A DNA stretch of 64,000 nucleotides from the NCBI GenBank assembly GCA_045646345.1, contig JAZRKN010000005.1, positions 13,594 through 77,593 on the forward strand. Direction: 5' to 3'. The notes beneath the pieces are model-generated. The model made no database searches. It was not told the DNA's origin and saw only the letters and a program-made list of their open reading frames with translations. This stretch comes from Candidatus Scatovivens sp. (GTDB lineage Bacteria; Bacillota; Clostridia; TANB77; CAG-508). The position numbers and the translations under genes were made by a program. Below are positions 56,465-64,000 of this stretch, piece after piece (within the stretch, counting starts at the first letter, position 1; the number at the start of each line of letters is the position of its first letter).

Positions 56465-56860
56465 ATGGAATTTATTAAAAGAGAAAAAGATATTGATGAA
56501 GCGAAATTACTTTCTCCACTAGTTTGGGCATATGTTGGGGATAGTGTATATGAACTTTTTGTAAGAACTAAATTAACTAATAAATCAAATGCTAAACCTC
56601 ATAAATTACATATTGAATCTATAAAATATGTTAAAGCGAAAGCGCAAGCTGATATATTAAAAAAGATTCAAGATAAATTAACTGATGACGAAAAAGACAT
56701 TGTAAGAAGAGGAAGAAATACAGAAAATCACCATGTTGCAAAAAACGCTAATGTAGCAGATTATAGCCAATCTACAGGATTTGAAGCACTAATTGGATTT
56801 TTATATTTAACAAGGCAAGATGAGAGATTAGAAGAAATTTTAAATATGTGTATAGAATAA
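56465..56860 (+). CDS. mrnC: mini-ribonuclease III
   Basis: LVWAYVGDSVYELFVR and GFEALIGFLYL motifs. Confidence 0.88.
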   Translation: MEFIKREKDIDEAKLLSPLVWAYVGDSVYELFVRTKLTNKSNAKPHKLHIESIKYVKAKAQADILKKIQDKLTDDEKDIVRRGRNTENHHVAKNANVADYSQSTGFEALIGFLYLTRQDERLEEILNMCIE

Positions 56861-56862
56861 AT

Positions 56863-56894
56863 AAAAACCCCATCAATTTCATGATGGGGTTTTT
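56863..56894. terminator. bidirectional intrinsic terminator
   Basis: Stem ccccatca/tgatgggg flanked by an A-run and a T-run. Confidence 0.8.
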
Positions 56895-56905
56895 ATTTTA
56901 TTAAA

Positions 56906-57607
56906 TTATTCAAATTCTCTATCATCTGATGTTTTTTCTGGTTGTTTAAAAGCTATAATATTTGCAGTTGGAGTCGGTTGAGAAACTTGGGCTGCAAATT
57001 CTTCTCTTCTTTTATCATTTTTTTCATCTATAGGTTTTTGGTTTACATCATAATTTAATAATTCTTTATTTAATGCATCTACTTCTTTTTTGGCATGTCT
57101 TGCCAATGGATCTTTTTTAAATGCTCTTTTAAATTTTCTACCATTAGTTACATGCATAGAATCATATTCTGCAGATGGTGGTGCTGGTTTAATATTTTCT
57201 ATACACTTTGCGACGTGTTCCATTAAATGGTTAAAATCTTCTGGACTATACATTAGTCTTGCATATTCTAGAATTTCACCAATTTGCAGCTCAAACATCA
57301 TATTATTTCCAATAACAGTTTGATTTAAGATTTCTCCATTTTTCTCTACAGTGATTCTTGCAGCTCTATAAGCAATCTCGTAGTCTGAAAGAGACATTGT
57401 TTCTACTTTTACATGTTTTCCACTTTCAGTTTCATGCTCAACAGTTGGTAAATGTTTAGCATAATCAAAGTCAGGTGGATATAACCATGAATTTAAATGG
57501 TCACTAGCAGCTCTTTCTGGAGTTTTAAACTCGGATTTATGTTTTTCTGGAATTACAGGATCGTTTTTAAATTTTGAATGTATTTTTCTTAAATTATTTT
57601 CACTCAT
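56906..57607 (-). CDS. hypothetical 233-aa protein
   Basis: AAGGAGG RBS before ATG 57607 (MSENNLRKIH...). No recognised domain. Confidence 0.5.
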   Translation of the reverse strand: MSENNLRKIHSKFKNDPVIPEKHKSEFKTPERAASDHLNSWLYPPDFDYAKHLPTVEHETESGKHVKVETMSLSDYEIAYRAARITVEKNGEILNQTVIGNNMMFELQIGEILEYARLMYSPEDFNHLMEHVAKCIENIKPAPPSAEYDSMHVTNGRKFKRAFKKDPLARHAKKEVDALNKELLNYDVNQKPIDEKNDKRREEFAAQVSQPTPTANIIAFKQPEKTSDDREFE

Positions 57608-57835
57608 AATAAAATTCCTCCTTAAATACAAAAACAAATTTAGATTTATACTAAATTTGTCTATTTATTTTTATATGCATTTAAGGGATACGAGACGTAA
57701 TCTAGTATAAACATTTTTATTTTTATCTTTATCTTTATCTTTAGTAAGTCTCATATTTTAAAATAGCACCAGGTACTGATTCCGGTTGTTGATGCCATTC
57801 CATACTAAGTATGGTTATTACTCCCTTACAAGTAT

Positions 57836-57864
57836 AGTATAACATAGTTGACCATAAAAGTCAA
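57836..57864 (-). promoter_or_regulatory. sigma-A type promoter, gives a leader of about 220 nt
   Basis: Minus strand reads TTGACT-17 nt-TATACT. Confidence 0.5.
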
Positions 57865-57900
57865 ATTATGTAAATGTTTGCGGAGCTATCAATAAAAAGA

Positions 57901-57929
57901 TTTACATTTTATGTAAACAGTGATAGAAT
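57901..57929 (+). promoter_or_regulatory. sigma-A type promoter containing palindrome TTTACAT-TTT-ATGTAAA
   Basis: TTTACA-TTTTATGTAAACAGTGA-TAGAAT. Its first 17 nt are identical to the minus-strand promoter at 25271-25287. Confidence 0.6.
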
Positions 57930-58020
57930 ATAATTAAGATACAAAATATAGCTGCCTTAAATGTACGAAATTCGCATTAAGAGGTTTGCATGCCTCGTGA
58001 TATAATTATCGGAGGAAAAA

Positions 58021-58338
58021 ATGATAGAAGATAAGATATTAAACATTATTATAGTTTTATTTGTGATTTGTGCTTTTTTGGAAATATACAGGGTTAAATC
58101 CTTGTGCTCTGATTATCAGAAGGCAAAAATAAAAGAAGAAACGATATTAATCATTATGTTTATTTTAATGTTGATTTGTTTTGCTTTGGCAATAATTCTA
58201 CTTTTAAATGTCATTTCAGGTATTGATATCGGATACTTGTATGATTCCAATGTTATTTCAAAAAATAATGCTTCAAATCCAAATTTTGTAGCTTATTATG
58301 ATCCGGCTACAAAAACGGTTAGGTATCGAGCACAATAA
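58021..58338 (+). CDS. two-TM small membrane protein, hypothetical
   Basis: GGAGG RBS. 105 aa. Two hydrophobic helices, then a polar tail. Confidence 0.5.
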   Translation: MIEDKILNIIIVLFVICAFLEIYRVKSLCSDYQKAKIKEETILIIMFILMLICFALAIILLLNVISGIDIGYLYDSNVISKNNASNPNFVAYYDPATKTVRYRAQ

Positions 58339-58370
58339 AAATTAAACTCTATGCAGCTATGTATATCGTG

Positions 58371-58403
58371 AGCTGAAGGGGCTAACTCTTCAGTTCTTTT
58401 TTT
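58371..58403 (+). terminator. intrinsic terminator
   Basis: Stem ctgaag/cttcag with a 9-nt loop, followed by a T-run. Confidence 0.65.
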
Positions 58404-58537
58404 GTAAAATTATTTGAAAATTTGCTGTGCAAAATTATGTGCAGATTCGTTAAAAATGAAAATGACTGAAAAACAATAAAAAATGAGTAAAGTCTTAAAC
58501 TTCACTCATATCAATAAATATAGCAGTTTGGAAAATA

Positions 58538-58571
58538 ATAAAAAAAGATGAAAAAGGTTAACTTTTTCATC
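58538..58571 (-). terminator. intrinsic terminator after the tRNA
   Basis: Stem gatgaaaaag/ctttttcatc, with T7 on the minus strand. Confidence 0.75.
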
Positions 58572-58576
58572 TTCTA

Positions 58577-58651
58577 TGGTGACCCCTACGGGAATCGAAC
58601 CCATGATTCCACCTTGAGAGGGTGGCGTCTTAGCCGCTTGACCAAGGGGCC
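58577..58651 (-). tRNA. tRNA-Glu (anticodon CUC), CCA encoded
   Basis: Reverse complement is GGCCCCTTGGTCAAGCGGCTAAGACGCCACCCTCTCAAGGTGGAATCATGGGTTCGATTCCCGTAGGGGTCACCA. Acceptor stem GGCCCCT/AGGGGTC, anticodon stem CCACC/GGTGG with loop CT-CTC-AA, T-loop TTCGATT. Confidence 0.9.
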
Positions 58652-58806
58652 GTATTTGTCAGCTATTTATTTATAACATATTTTTATTTTTTAGTCAATA
58701 ACTTAAATGATTAAAATTAATAAATAGACTTTAAAAAATAATAGAAATCTTTTTTACCTTGAAAATTGTGTTTGAGTGTGATATAAAAAAATTATGAGGT
58801 GATTTT

Positions 58807-59301
58807 ATGGAAGAAAAAAAAGTTGGAAAAAGAGAAGATTATATATCATGGGATGAATATTTTATGGGGATAGCAATGCTATCTGCTGAAAGAAGTAAAG
58901 ATCCAAATACTGAAGTAGGAGCTTGTATTGTTAGTCAAGACAATAGAATATTATCAATGGGATATAATGGGGCTCCAAGAGGATTACATGATGATAAAAT
59001 GCATTGGAATAGGACTGGATCTTTTACAGAAACTAAATATGCATATGTATGTCATGCTGAGCTTAATGCTATATTAAATTATAGAGGGGATTTAAGTAAT
59101 TCAAAAATATATGTAAAATTATTCCCTTGTAATGAATGTGCAAAAGCGATAATACAAGCTGGAATAAAAGAAGTTATATATAAAGAAGATAAATATAAAG
59201 ATGCTGACAATGTAATTGTTTCAAAAGCGATGTTAGATTCTTGCGGAGTAAAATATACACAATATGAATCAACAGGAAAGAAAATTACATTAGAATTATA
59301 A
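58807..59301 (+). CDS. comEB: dCMP deaminase (ComEB family)
   Basis: CHAELNAI and PCNECAKAIIQAGI zinc motifs. Confidence 0.9.
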   Translation: MEEKKVGKREDYISWDEYFMGIAMLSAERSKDPNTEVGACIVSQDNRILSMGYNGAPRGLHDDKMHWNRTGSFTETKYAYVCHAELNAILNYRGDLSNSKIYVKLFPCNECAKAIIQAGIKEVIYKEDKYKDADNVIVSKAMLDSCGVKYTQYESTGKKITLEL

Positions 59302-59318
59302 AATTAAAGAGGATAATT

Positions 59319-59942
59319 ATGAAAATAATATATGGAACAACAAATAAAGCAAAAGTTCATGCTATGTATGGAATTGTAAAAAATTATGGATTTGATGCTG
59401 AAATATATACATTAAAAGATATTGGTTTTACAGATGAAATTATAGAAGATGGAACAACTTTTGAAGAAAATTCGCTAATAAAAGCAAAAGCAATAGCTGA
59501 ATTTTGTAAAAAGAATAATATAACAGATAAAATAATATTAACTGATGATGCAGGGTTGTGTGTAGATTATTTAGATGGTGCTCCTGGAATATATACAGGA
59601 AGATATGCAGGAGATCATGCACCACAAATAGATAATATAAATAAGCTATTAGAAAATATGAAAGATTGTACTAAATTAGAAGATAGGACTTGTAAATTAG
59701 TTTGTGTGTTAACTGCTATATTGATAGATGGAAATGTTTATACAGCAAGAGGTGAATGTACTGGAACAATTGCTTTCGAACATGGAAAATTAGGAGGATT
59801 AACTTTCGGTCCTGTGTTTATTCCAAAAGGTTTTGATAAACCAATGGGAGATATGGAAGAGGAAGAATATATATCAGTGCATAATCATAGGGATTTGGCT
59901 ATGAATGAATTGATGAAAAAATTCAAAGAGTTAGGATATTAA
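59319..59942 (+). CDS. rdgB: non-canonical purine NTP pyrophosphatase (RdgB/HAM1)
   Basis: GTTNKAK and DDAGLCVDYLDGAPGIYTGRYAG motifs. Confidence 0.85.
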   Translation: MKIIYGTTNKAKVHAMYGIVKNYGFDAEIYTLKDIGFTDEIIEDGTTFEENSLIKAKAIAEFCKKNNITDKIILTDDAGLCVDYLDGAPGIYTGRYAGDHAPQIDNINKLLENMKDCTKLEDRTCKLVCVLTAILIDGNVYTARGECTGTIAFEHGKLGGLTFGPVFIPKGFDKPMGDMEEEEYISVHNHRDLAMNELMKKFKELGY

Positions 59943-60040
59943 TAAATATACCACTTAGATTAAGAAAACAACCACATGGCTTAAATTTAAGATTTTTCAT
60001 AATAATGATGTTATAATTAATTTACAAAGGAGGAAGATAG

Positions 60041-60496
60041 ATGGCTAACAATTTGGATATAGAGATAAAAATTGATGAAAATTATAAAGCTCCCAAAATA
60101 GTTGTTTATACAAGTGAAATAAATGATGATTTAACAAAAATTATAAATAAACTAAAATTAGCTGAAGAAGAAAAAATAATTGGATTCAAAGATGACGAAG
60201 CTTATATAATGGATTTTTCAAAAATTGAACTTATATATACGGAAAATAAAAAGATTTTTGCAAGAATGGAAAATGGTTTTTCATATCAGATAAAAAGAAG
60301 AATTTTTGAATTAGAAGAAAGTTTAATTGATTTTAATTTTGTTAGAATATCTAACTCCGAAATAGTAAATTTTAAAAAAGTTTTAAGTATTGATTTTAAA
60401 TTAACGGGAACGATGATGTTAAAATTAAAAAGTGGAAATAATACGTTTGTTTCAAGAAGATATGTAAAGAAAATCAAAGAATACTTAGGCTTGTAA
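60041..60496 (+). CDS. stand-alone LytTR-domain DNA-binding protein
   Basis: C-terminal FVRISNSEIVNFKKV...FVSRRYVKKIKE LytTR pattern. No receiver domain. Confidence 0.75.
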   Translation: MANNLDIEIKIDENYKAPKIVVYTSEINDDLTKIINKLKLAEEEKIIGFKDDEAYIMDFSKIELIYTENKKIFARMENGFSYQIKRRIFELEESLIDFNFVRISNSEIVNFKKVLSIDFKLTGTMMLKLKSGNNTFVSRRYVKKIKEYLGL

Positions 60497-60506
60497 GGAG
60501 GTTATT

Positions 60507-60983
60507 ATGAAAGAAAAAGTGGAACGTTTTTGTGATAGTTTTAAAAATGGTGTTTTCTTATGGCTTGTATCTTATTTTTTATTATATGCTGTAGGGGTAC
60601 ATATAGGAGATAACTCATTATATAATGCAGAAATAATGAAATTATTAGATGTAAAAAATTTTTTAACACAAGTTATAATTGTTGGTGTTACATATATTGC
60701 TTTAGATTTGGCATTTTCAAAATATTTTAATAATATTGTAGAAGTAGTTAGTTTAAATGTTTCTTCTAAGAAGAAAGTTTTAAAAGATGTTATAGCAATA
60801 ATTGTAATCTTATTAATAATACTTCCAACAATTGAATATATAAAAGATAACAATATTGTAAATAAAGCAATAATGAAATTAATGATAGGATTAATTATTT
60901 TTAAAACAATGATATTTTGTATGGTACAAACAGTAAAAACAGATATATATAATAAGAAGTTGCAAGAGAAAAATAAAGAATAA
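60507..60983 (+). CDS. four-TM membrane protein (DUF3021-like partner of LytTR)
   Basis: Starts 10 nt after the LytTR gene. Four hydrophobic helices. Confidence 0.55.
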   Translation: MKEKVERFCDSFKNGVFLWLVSYFLLYAVGVHIGDNSLYNAEIMKLLDVKNFLTQVIIVGVTYIALDLAFSKYFNNIVEVVSLNVSSKKKVLKDVIAIIVILLIILPTIEYIKDNNIVNKAIMKLMIGLIIFKTMIFCMVQTVKTDIYNKKLQEKNKE

Positions 60984-60999
60984 TATAAAAAATAAAAAA

Positions 61000-61028
61000 C
61001 ACTTCAATATTATTGAAGTGTTTTTTTT
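61000..61028 (+). terminator. intrinsic terminator
   Basis: Stem cacttcaat/attgaagtg plus T8. Confidence 0.8.
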
Positions 61029-61039
61029 ATACAAAAAAG

Positions 61040-61079
61040 CGAACAAATGTATTGACAAAAAATGAATTAGATATATAAT
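61040..61079 (+). promoter_or_regulatory. recN promoter with partial LexA (Cheo-box-like) site
   Basis: CGAACAAATGTATT (61040-61053) overlaps TTGACA (61052-61057), followed by 16 nt and TATAAT (61074-61079). Confidence 0.4.
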
Positions 61080-61191
61080 ATCAGTAGCAAACATAAGTTT
61101 GCATTATTGATAATATAGTTTATAGGCTAATCTTTAAACCTAAATTAACTGTAAGGAGAAAAGATATTTTAATATATCTTTAAATTGGAAA

Positions 61192-62823
61192 ATGATAAAT
61201 ACTTTACATATAAAAAATATGGGAATTATAGATGAAATAACATTAAATTTAAACGAAGGATTTAATGTATTGACGGGAGAAACTGGAGCGGGAAAAACTT
61301 TGATAATTGGGTCTCTTCAAATATTAGCTGGAGGTCGTTTTTCAAAAGAAATAATAAGACATGGAGAAAAATATGCTTTTGTAGAAATGTCTTTATATTT
61401 ACCTAATAAAGGCTACGAAGATGATACTGTAATTGTTTCAAGAGAATTAAGCTTAAGTGGAAGAAATGTCTGTAAAATAAATGGAAGATTAGCAACTGTG
61501 AGTGAATTAAAACATTTTATGAGTGATGTTTTGGATATTCATGGCCAAAATGATAATCAATCTCTTTTAAATGTAAATACACATATTGAATTATTAGATG
61601 GATATGCGGAAAAAGAAATAAAAGAGTTAAAAGCAAAATATAAGCTTTTATATAATCAATATTTAAAAACCAAAGCAGAATTAAATAAAAACTATGGGGA
61701 TGACAAGGAAAAACAAAGGAAACTCGATTTATTAAATTATCAAGTAAATGAAATTGAAATTGCTAATTTAAAAAGCGGAGAAGAAGAGGAATTAGAAGAT
61801 AGAAGGAAATTAATAATGTCTGCTGAAAAAATTAGTACAAGTTTTGCGGAAGCAGAAAATCAAATTAGCAATAACGTAATGGATGGTATGAGTATTGCTT
61901 TAAAAGCAATGGAGAAAATTGAACAATATAATTCAGAATATACAAATATAATTTCAAGATTAAGAGATGCATATTATGAAATACAAGAAGTTTCCTATGA
62001 TATTAGTTCTTTTTCAGAAGATATGTATTTTGATGAAGAAGAGCAAAATAAAATAGAAGAAAGATTAGATTTGATTAATTCTTTAAAGAGAAAATATGGA
62101 AATACAATCGAAGAAATTTTAGAATATAAAGAAAAAGTGAATCAGGAAATTTTTGAGATTGAAAACTTAGAAGAATATATTATAAAACTAAAGAATGAAT
62201 TAAAGAAAACTGAAAAAGAAATGCTTGAGATTGCAAGAAATTTAAATATTGTAAGAACTAAATATGCAGAAAAATTAAGCAAAAGGATAAATAAAGAACT
62301 TAAAGAATTAGAAATGAAAAATGCCAGATTTGGAATATCTGTAGATTTTTCAAAAGAAAATAATTTTAATCCAAATGGATTAGATAAAATAGAGTTTGTA
62401 ATTTCCACAAATGTTGGAGATGAAGCAAAATCTTTAATAAAAATAGCATCTGGTGGAGAAATGTCTAGAATAATGTTAGCAATAAAAAGTGTATTAGCAG
62501 ATGTTGATCAAATACCAGTAATTGTGTTTGATGAAATAGATACTGGAATAAGCGGAATAGCAGCAAATGCAACAGGAGAAAAAATGAAAAATATTTCTAA
62601 AAATCACCAAGTAATATGTGTAACTCACTTGGCAAGTATTGCCGCTAAGGGAGAACATAACTATTTTGTTTGCAAAGAAGTTGTAAATGAAAAAACAAGA
62701 ACAAAAGTAAAAGAGTTAAATGAAGAAGAAATATTAAAAGAAATTGCTAGAATTTCAAGTGGTACAATAACGGATATATCAATTAATCATGCTAGACAAT
62801 TAAGGAATAGCAAAATTGCATAA
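61192..62823 (+). CDS. recN: DNA repair protein RecN
   Basis: MINTLHIKNMGIID, GETGAGKT Walker A, long coiled coil, C-terminal GGEMSRIMLAIK signature and VFDEIDTGISG. Confidence 0.9.
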   Translation: MINTLHIKNMGIIDEITLNLNEGFNVLTGETGAGKTLIIGSLQILAGGRFSKEIIRHGEKYAFVEMSLYLPNKGYEDDTVIVSRELSLSGRNVCKINGRLATVSELKHFMSDVLDIHGQNDNQSLLNVNTHIELLDGYAEKEIKELKAKYKLLYNQYLKTKAELNKNYGDDKEKQRKLDLLNYQVNEIEIANLKSGEEEELEDRRKLIMSAEKISTSFAEAENQISNNVMDGMSIALKAMEKIEQYNSEYTNIISRLRDAYYEIQEVSYDISSFSEDMYFDEEEQNKIEERLDLINSLKRKYGNTIEEILEYKEKVNQEIFEIENLEEYIIKLKNELKKTEKEMLEIARNLNIVRTKYAEKLSKRINKELKELEMKNARFGISVDFSKENNFNPNGLDKIEFVISTNVGDEAKSLIKIASGGEMSRIMLAIKSVLADVDQIPVIVFDEIDTGISGIAANATGEKMKNISKNHQVICVTHLASIAAKGEHNYFVCKEVVNEKTRTKVKELNEEEILKEIARISSGTITDISINHARQLRNSKIA

Positions 62824-62848
62824 ATTATTGAAAAAAATATACTAAAAT

Positions 62849-62877
62849 TTGAAAAATGTTCAAAAATTTGGTATAAT
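62849..62877 (+). promoter_or_regulatory. sigma-A type promoter of the SleB-like cassette
   Basis: TTGAAA-17 nt-(TGg)TATAAT. Confidence 0.55.
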
Positions 62878-62948
62878 AAAAGGAGCTTAACTTTTTTTGT
62901 AAGCGTTGTTGCCTTTCACATATCATAAAGTGGAAAAGGGAGGAAAGT

Positions 62949-63830
62949 GTGGAAAAAAACAAAAAAATGTACAAGAATTGCCCTTATGAAGATTTTGGTT
63001 TTTCTTCATGTCGGGTGTGTCCAAATTTTTCAAAATGTTCCAAGAGAAAGGGGGAGCAGATTAAGAAAAGAAAGGAAGATGATTTTAAACAATTTGTTTT
63101 AAAGGTTGAGATCATTCTTGTATTTATGCTGATTATTAGCTTATTTGTCGGCATGTTTGCTGGTTTTACTTCTTTGGCGCAGGAGCTTCCTGATGACAAG
63201 AAGACCCAGAGTGCAGAACCTGCAGAAGGTGTGGGAAGAGAACCTACTAATATCGTTCCAAATGTTCGAGATGAGATTGTGCCAGTGACTACTCCTATAG
63301 TAACAGTAGAGGCTGCTGAATTTGAAAATGCACCGGAATTCTTTGAAGGAATTGAAGTTGTTGATTTAATGAAAGCAAATCCGTTTGGTCCGTGCAAAAA
63401 GTGGATATATATAATTTCTGAAGAAGATATGGAATATATAGCCAGAGTTGTATGGGCAGAAGCTAGGGGGGAATGCCTTGAGGGGCAGGTTGCGGTTGCA
63501 GCTGTCATTTTGAACAGATATTATTCTGGTTTGGGAGTCTTTAATACATCAAGCATTTATGCTGTGGTAACACAGCCTGGTGCTTTTGCAAGTATTAGAG
63601 GAGTTGATGACGCTGATCTTGCTGAGTATCCTGATTGTATGAGAGCCGTTAGATTGGCGTGCCGTGGTTGGGATCCGACAAGAGAGACGTTTGATACTGG
63701 AGCTCTTTATTTCTTCAATCCTGATGGGGTTTATGGCTATCAGGCTAGAATCAGAACAGGCATCGTTGTACACACAATTGGTGGTCATGATTTCCATGTT
63801 GATTTTAACTGGGATGAAGTGAACAAGTAA
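62949..63830 (+). CDS. SleB/Hydrolase_2-family cell-wall hydrolase with Cys-rich N-terminus and TM anchor (compositionally foreign)
   Basis: CPYEDFGFSSCRVCPNFSKC, a TM helix, then VVWAEARGECLEGQVAVAAVILNR ... VVTQPGAFAS ... ALYFFNP. A 100-nt sample is about 43% GC. GTG 62949 or ATG 62967 is the start. Confidence 0.7.
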   Translation: MEKNKKMYKNCPYEDFGFSSCRVCPNFSKCSKRKGEQIKKRKEDDFKQFVLKVEIILVFMLIISLFVGMFAGFTSLAQELPDDKKTQSAEPAEGVGREPTNIVPNVRDEIVPVTTPIVTVEAAEFENAPEFFEGIEVVDLMKANPFGPCKKWIYIISEEDMEYIARVVWAEARGECLEGQVAVAAVILNRYYSGLGVFNTSSIYAVVTQPGAFASIRGVDDADLAEYPDCMRAVRLACRGWDPTRETFDTGALYFFNPDGVYGYQARIRTGIVVHTIGGHDFHVDFNWDEVNK

Positions 63831-63843
63831 CCTCAAAAAGAAA

Positions 63844-63887
63844 AGTCGAAAAAGGTGGAATCACCAATTTCGACTTTTTCTTTTTTT
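63844..63887 (+). terminator. long-stem intrinsic terminator
   Basis: Stem agtcgaaa...ggtg/cacc...tttcgact plus a T-run. Confidence 0.8.
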
Positions 63888-63963
63888 AATAAAGGTCCAG
63901 GCACGAAGAAAAATTATACACATATACTGTATCTATAGGTATTGAATTATGGAGGTATATGGA

Positions 63964-64000
63964 ATGATTGGATTTTCTACGTCTAGTCTTTTAATATTAA
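63964..64000 (+). CDS. start of an ORF running off the window
   Basis: GGAGG sits 8 nt before the ATG. Only MIGFSTSSLLIL is visible. Confidence 0.25.
   Translation, partial: MIGFSTSSLLIL

Noticed and set aside
1-64000. Searched for prophage, IS element, integrase, restriction-modification or known defence-system signatures.
   Set aside because: No recombinase, transposase, nuclease/helicase pair, reverse transcriptase or capsid/terminase-like ORFs were recognised. Apart from the cassettes listed in the findings, the window is core housekeeping DNA.

Overview
AT-rich, low-GC Firmicutes/Clostridia-like chromosomal window. Hand-counted 100-nt samples of typical genes give about 20-32% GC. It is densely coded and mostly housekeeping: rplU-rpmA, aspS, clpE, htrA, rnhB, two tandem pdp paralogs, an M18 aminopeptidase, a trimeric HydABC-type [FeFe]-hydrogenase operon, ylbJ, an ECF sigma/anti-sigma pair, mfd, pepF, an OmpR-type two-component system, pflBA, maf, trmL, a cyclophilin, ynbB, ireB-ruvX-DUF1292, rbgA-mrnC, one tRNA-Glu(CUC), comEB, rdgB, a LytTR+membrane pair and recN. 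I saw no rRNA, CRISPR array, transposase, integrase or recognisable phage or defence genes. Four things stand out. (1) Six single-gene cassettes at about 18.9, 25.0, 26.6, 33.4, 40.6 and 63.4 kb have clearly higher GC and foreign codon usage, and each has its own near-consensus promoter and GC-rich terminator. Two of them, plus an AT-rich cassette at 58.0 kb, share a conserved promoter-embedded element; the palindromic form is TTTACAT-N3-ATGTAAA and one 17-mer is identical at two loci. (2) A native three-gene cluster at 48.7-53.4 kb encodes a signal-peptide membrane protein, then a 1041-aa protein, then a TM/GAF-like degenerate-GGDEF protein. The 1041-aa protein has a receiver-like N-terminus, an AT-hook, ten near-perfect 45-bp acidic repeats and a degenerate ParA/MinD-like C-terminus. 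(3) The two-component operon is bracketed by an exact 14-bp direct repeat. (4) Several long or structured leaders match no RNA family I recognise. All functional calls rest on motif recognition by eye; no database search was possible.
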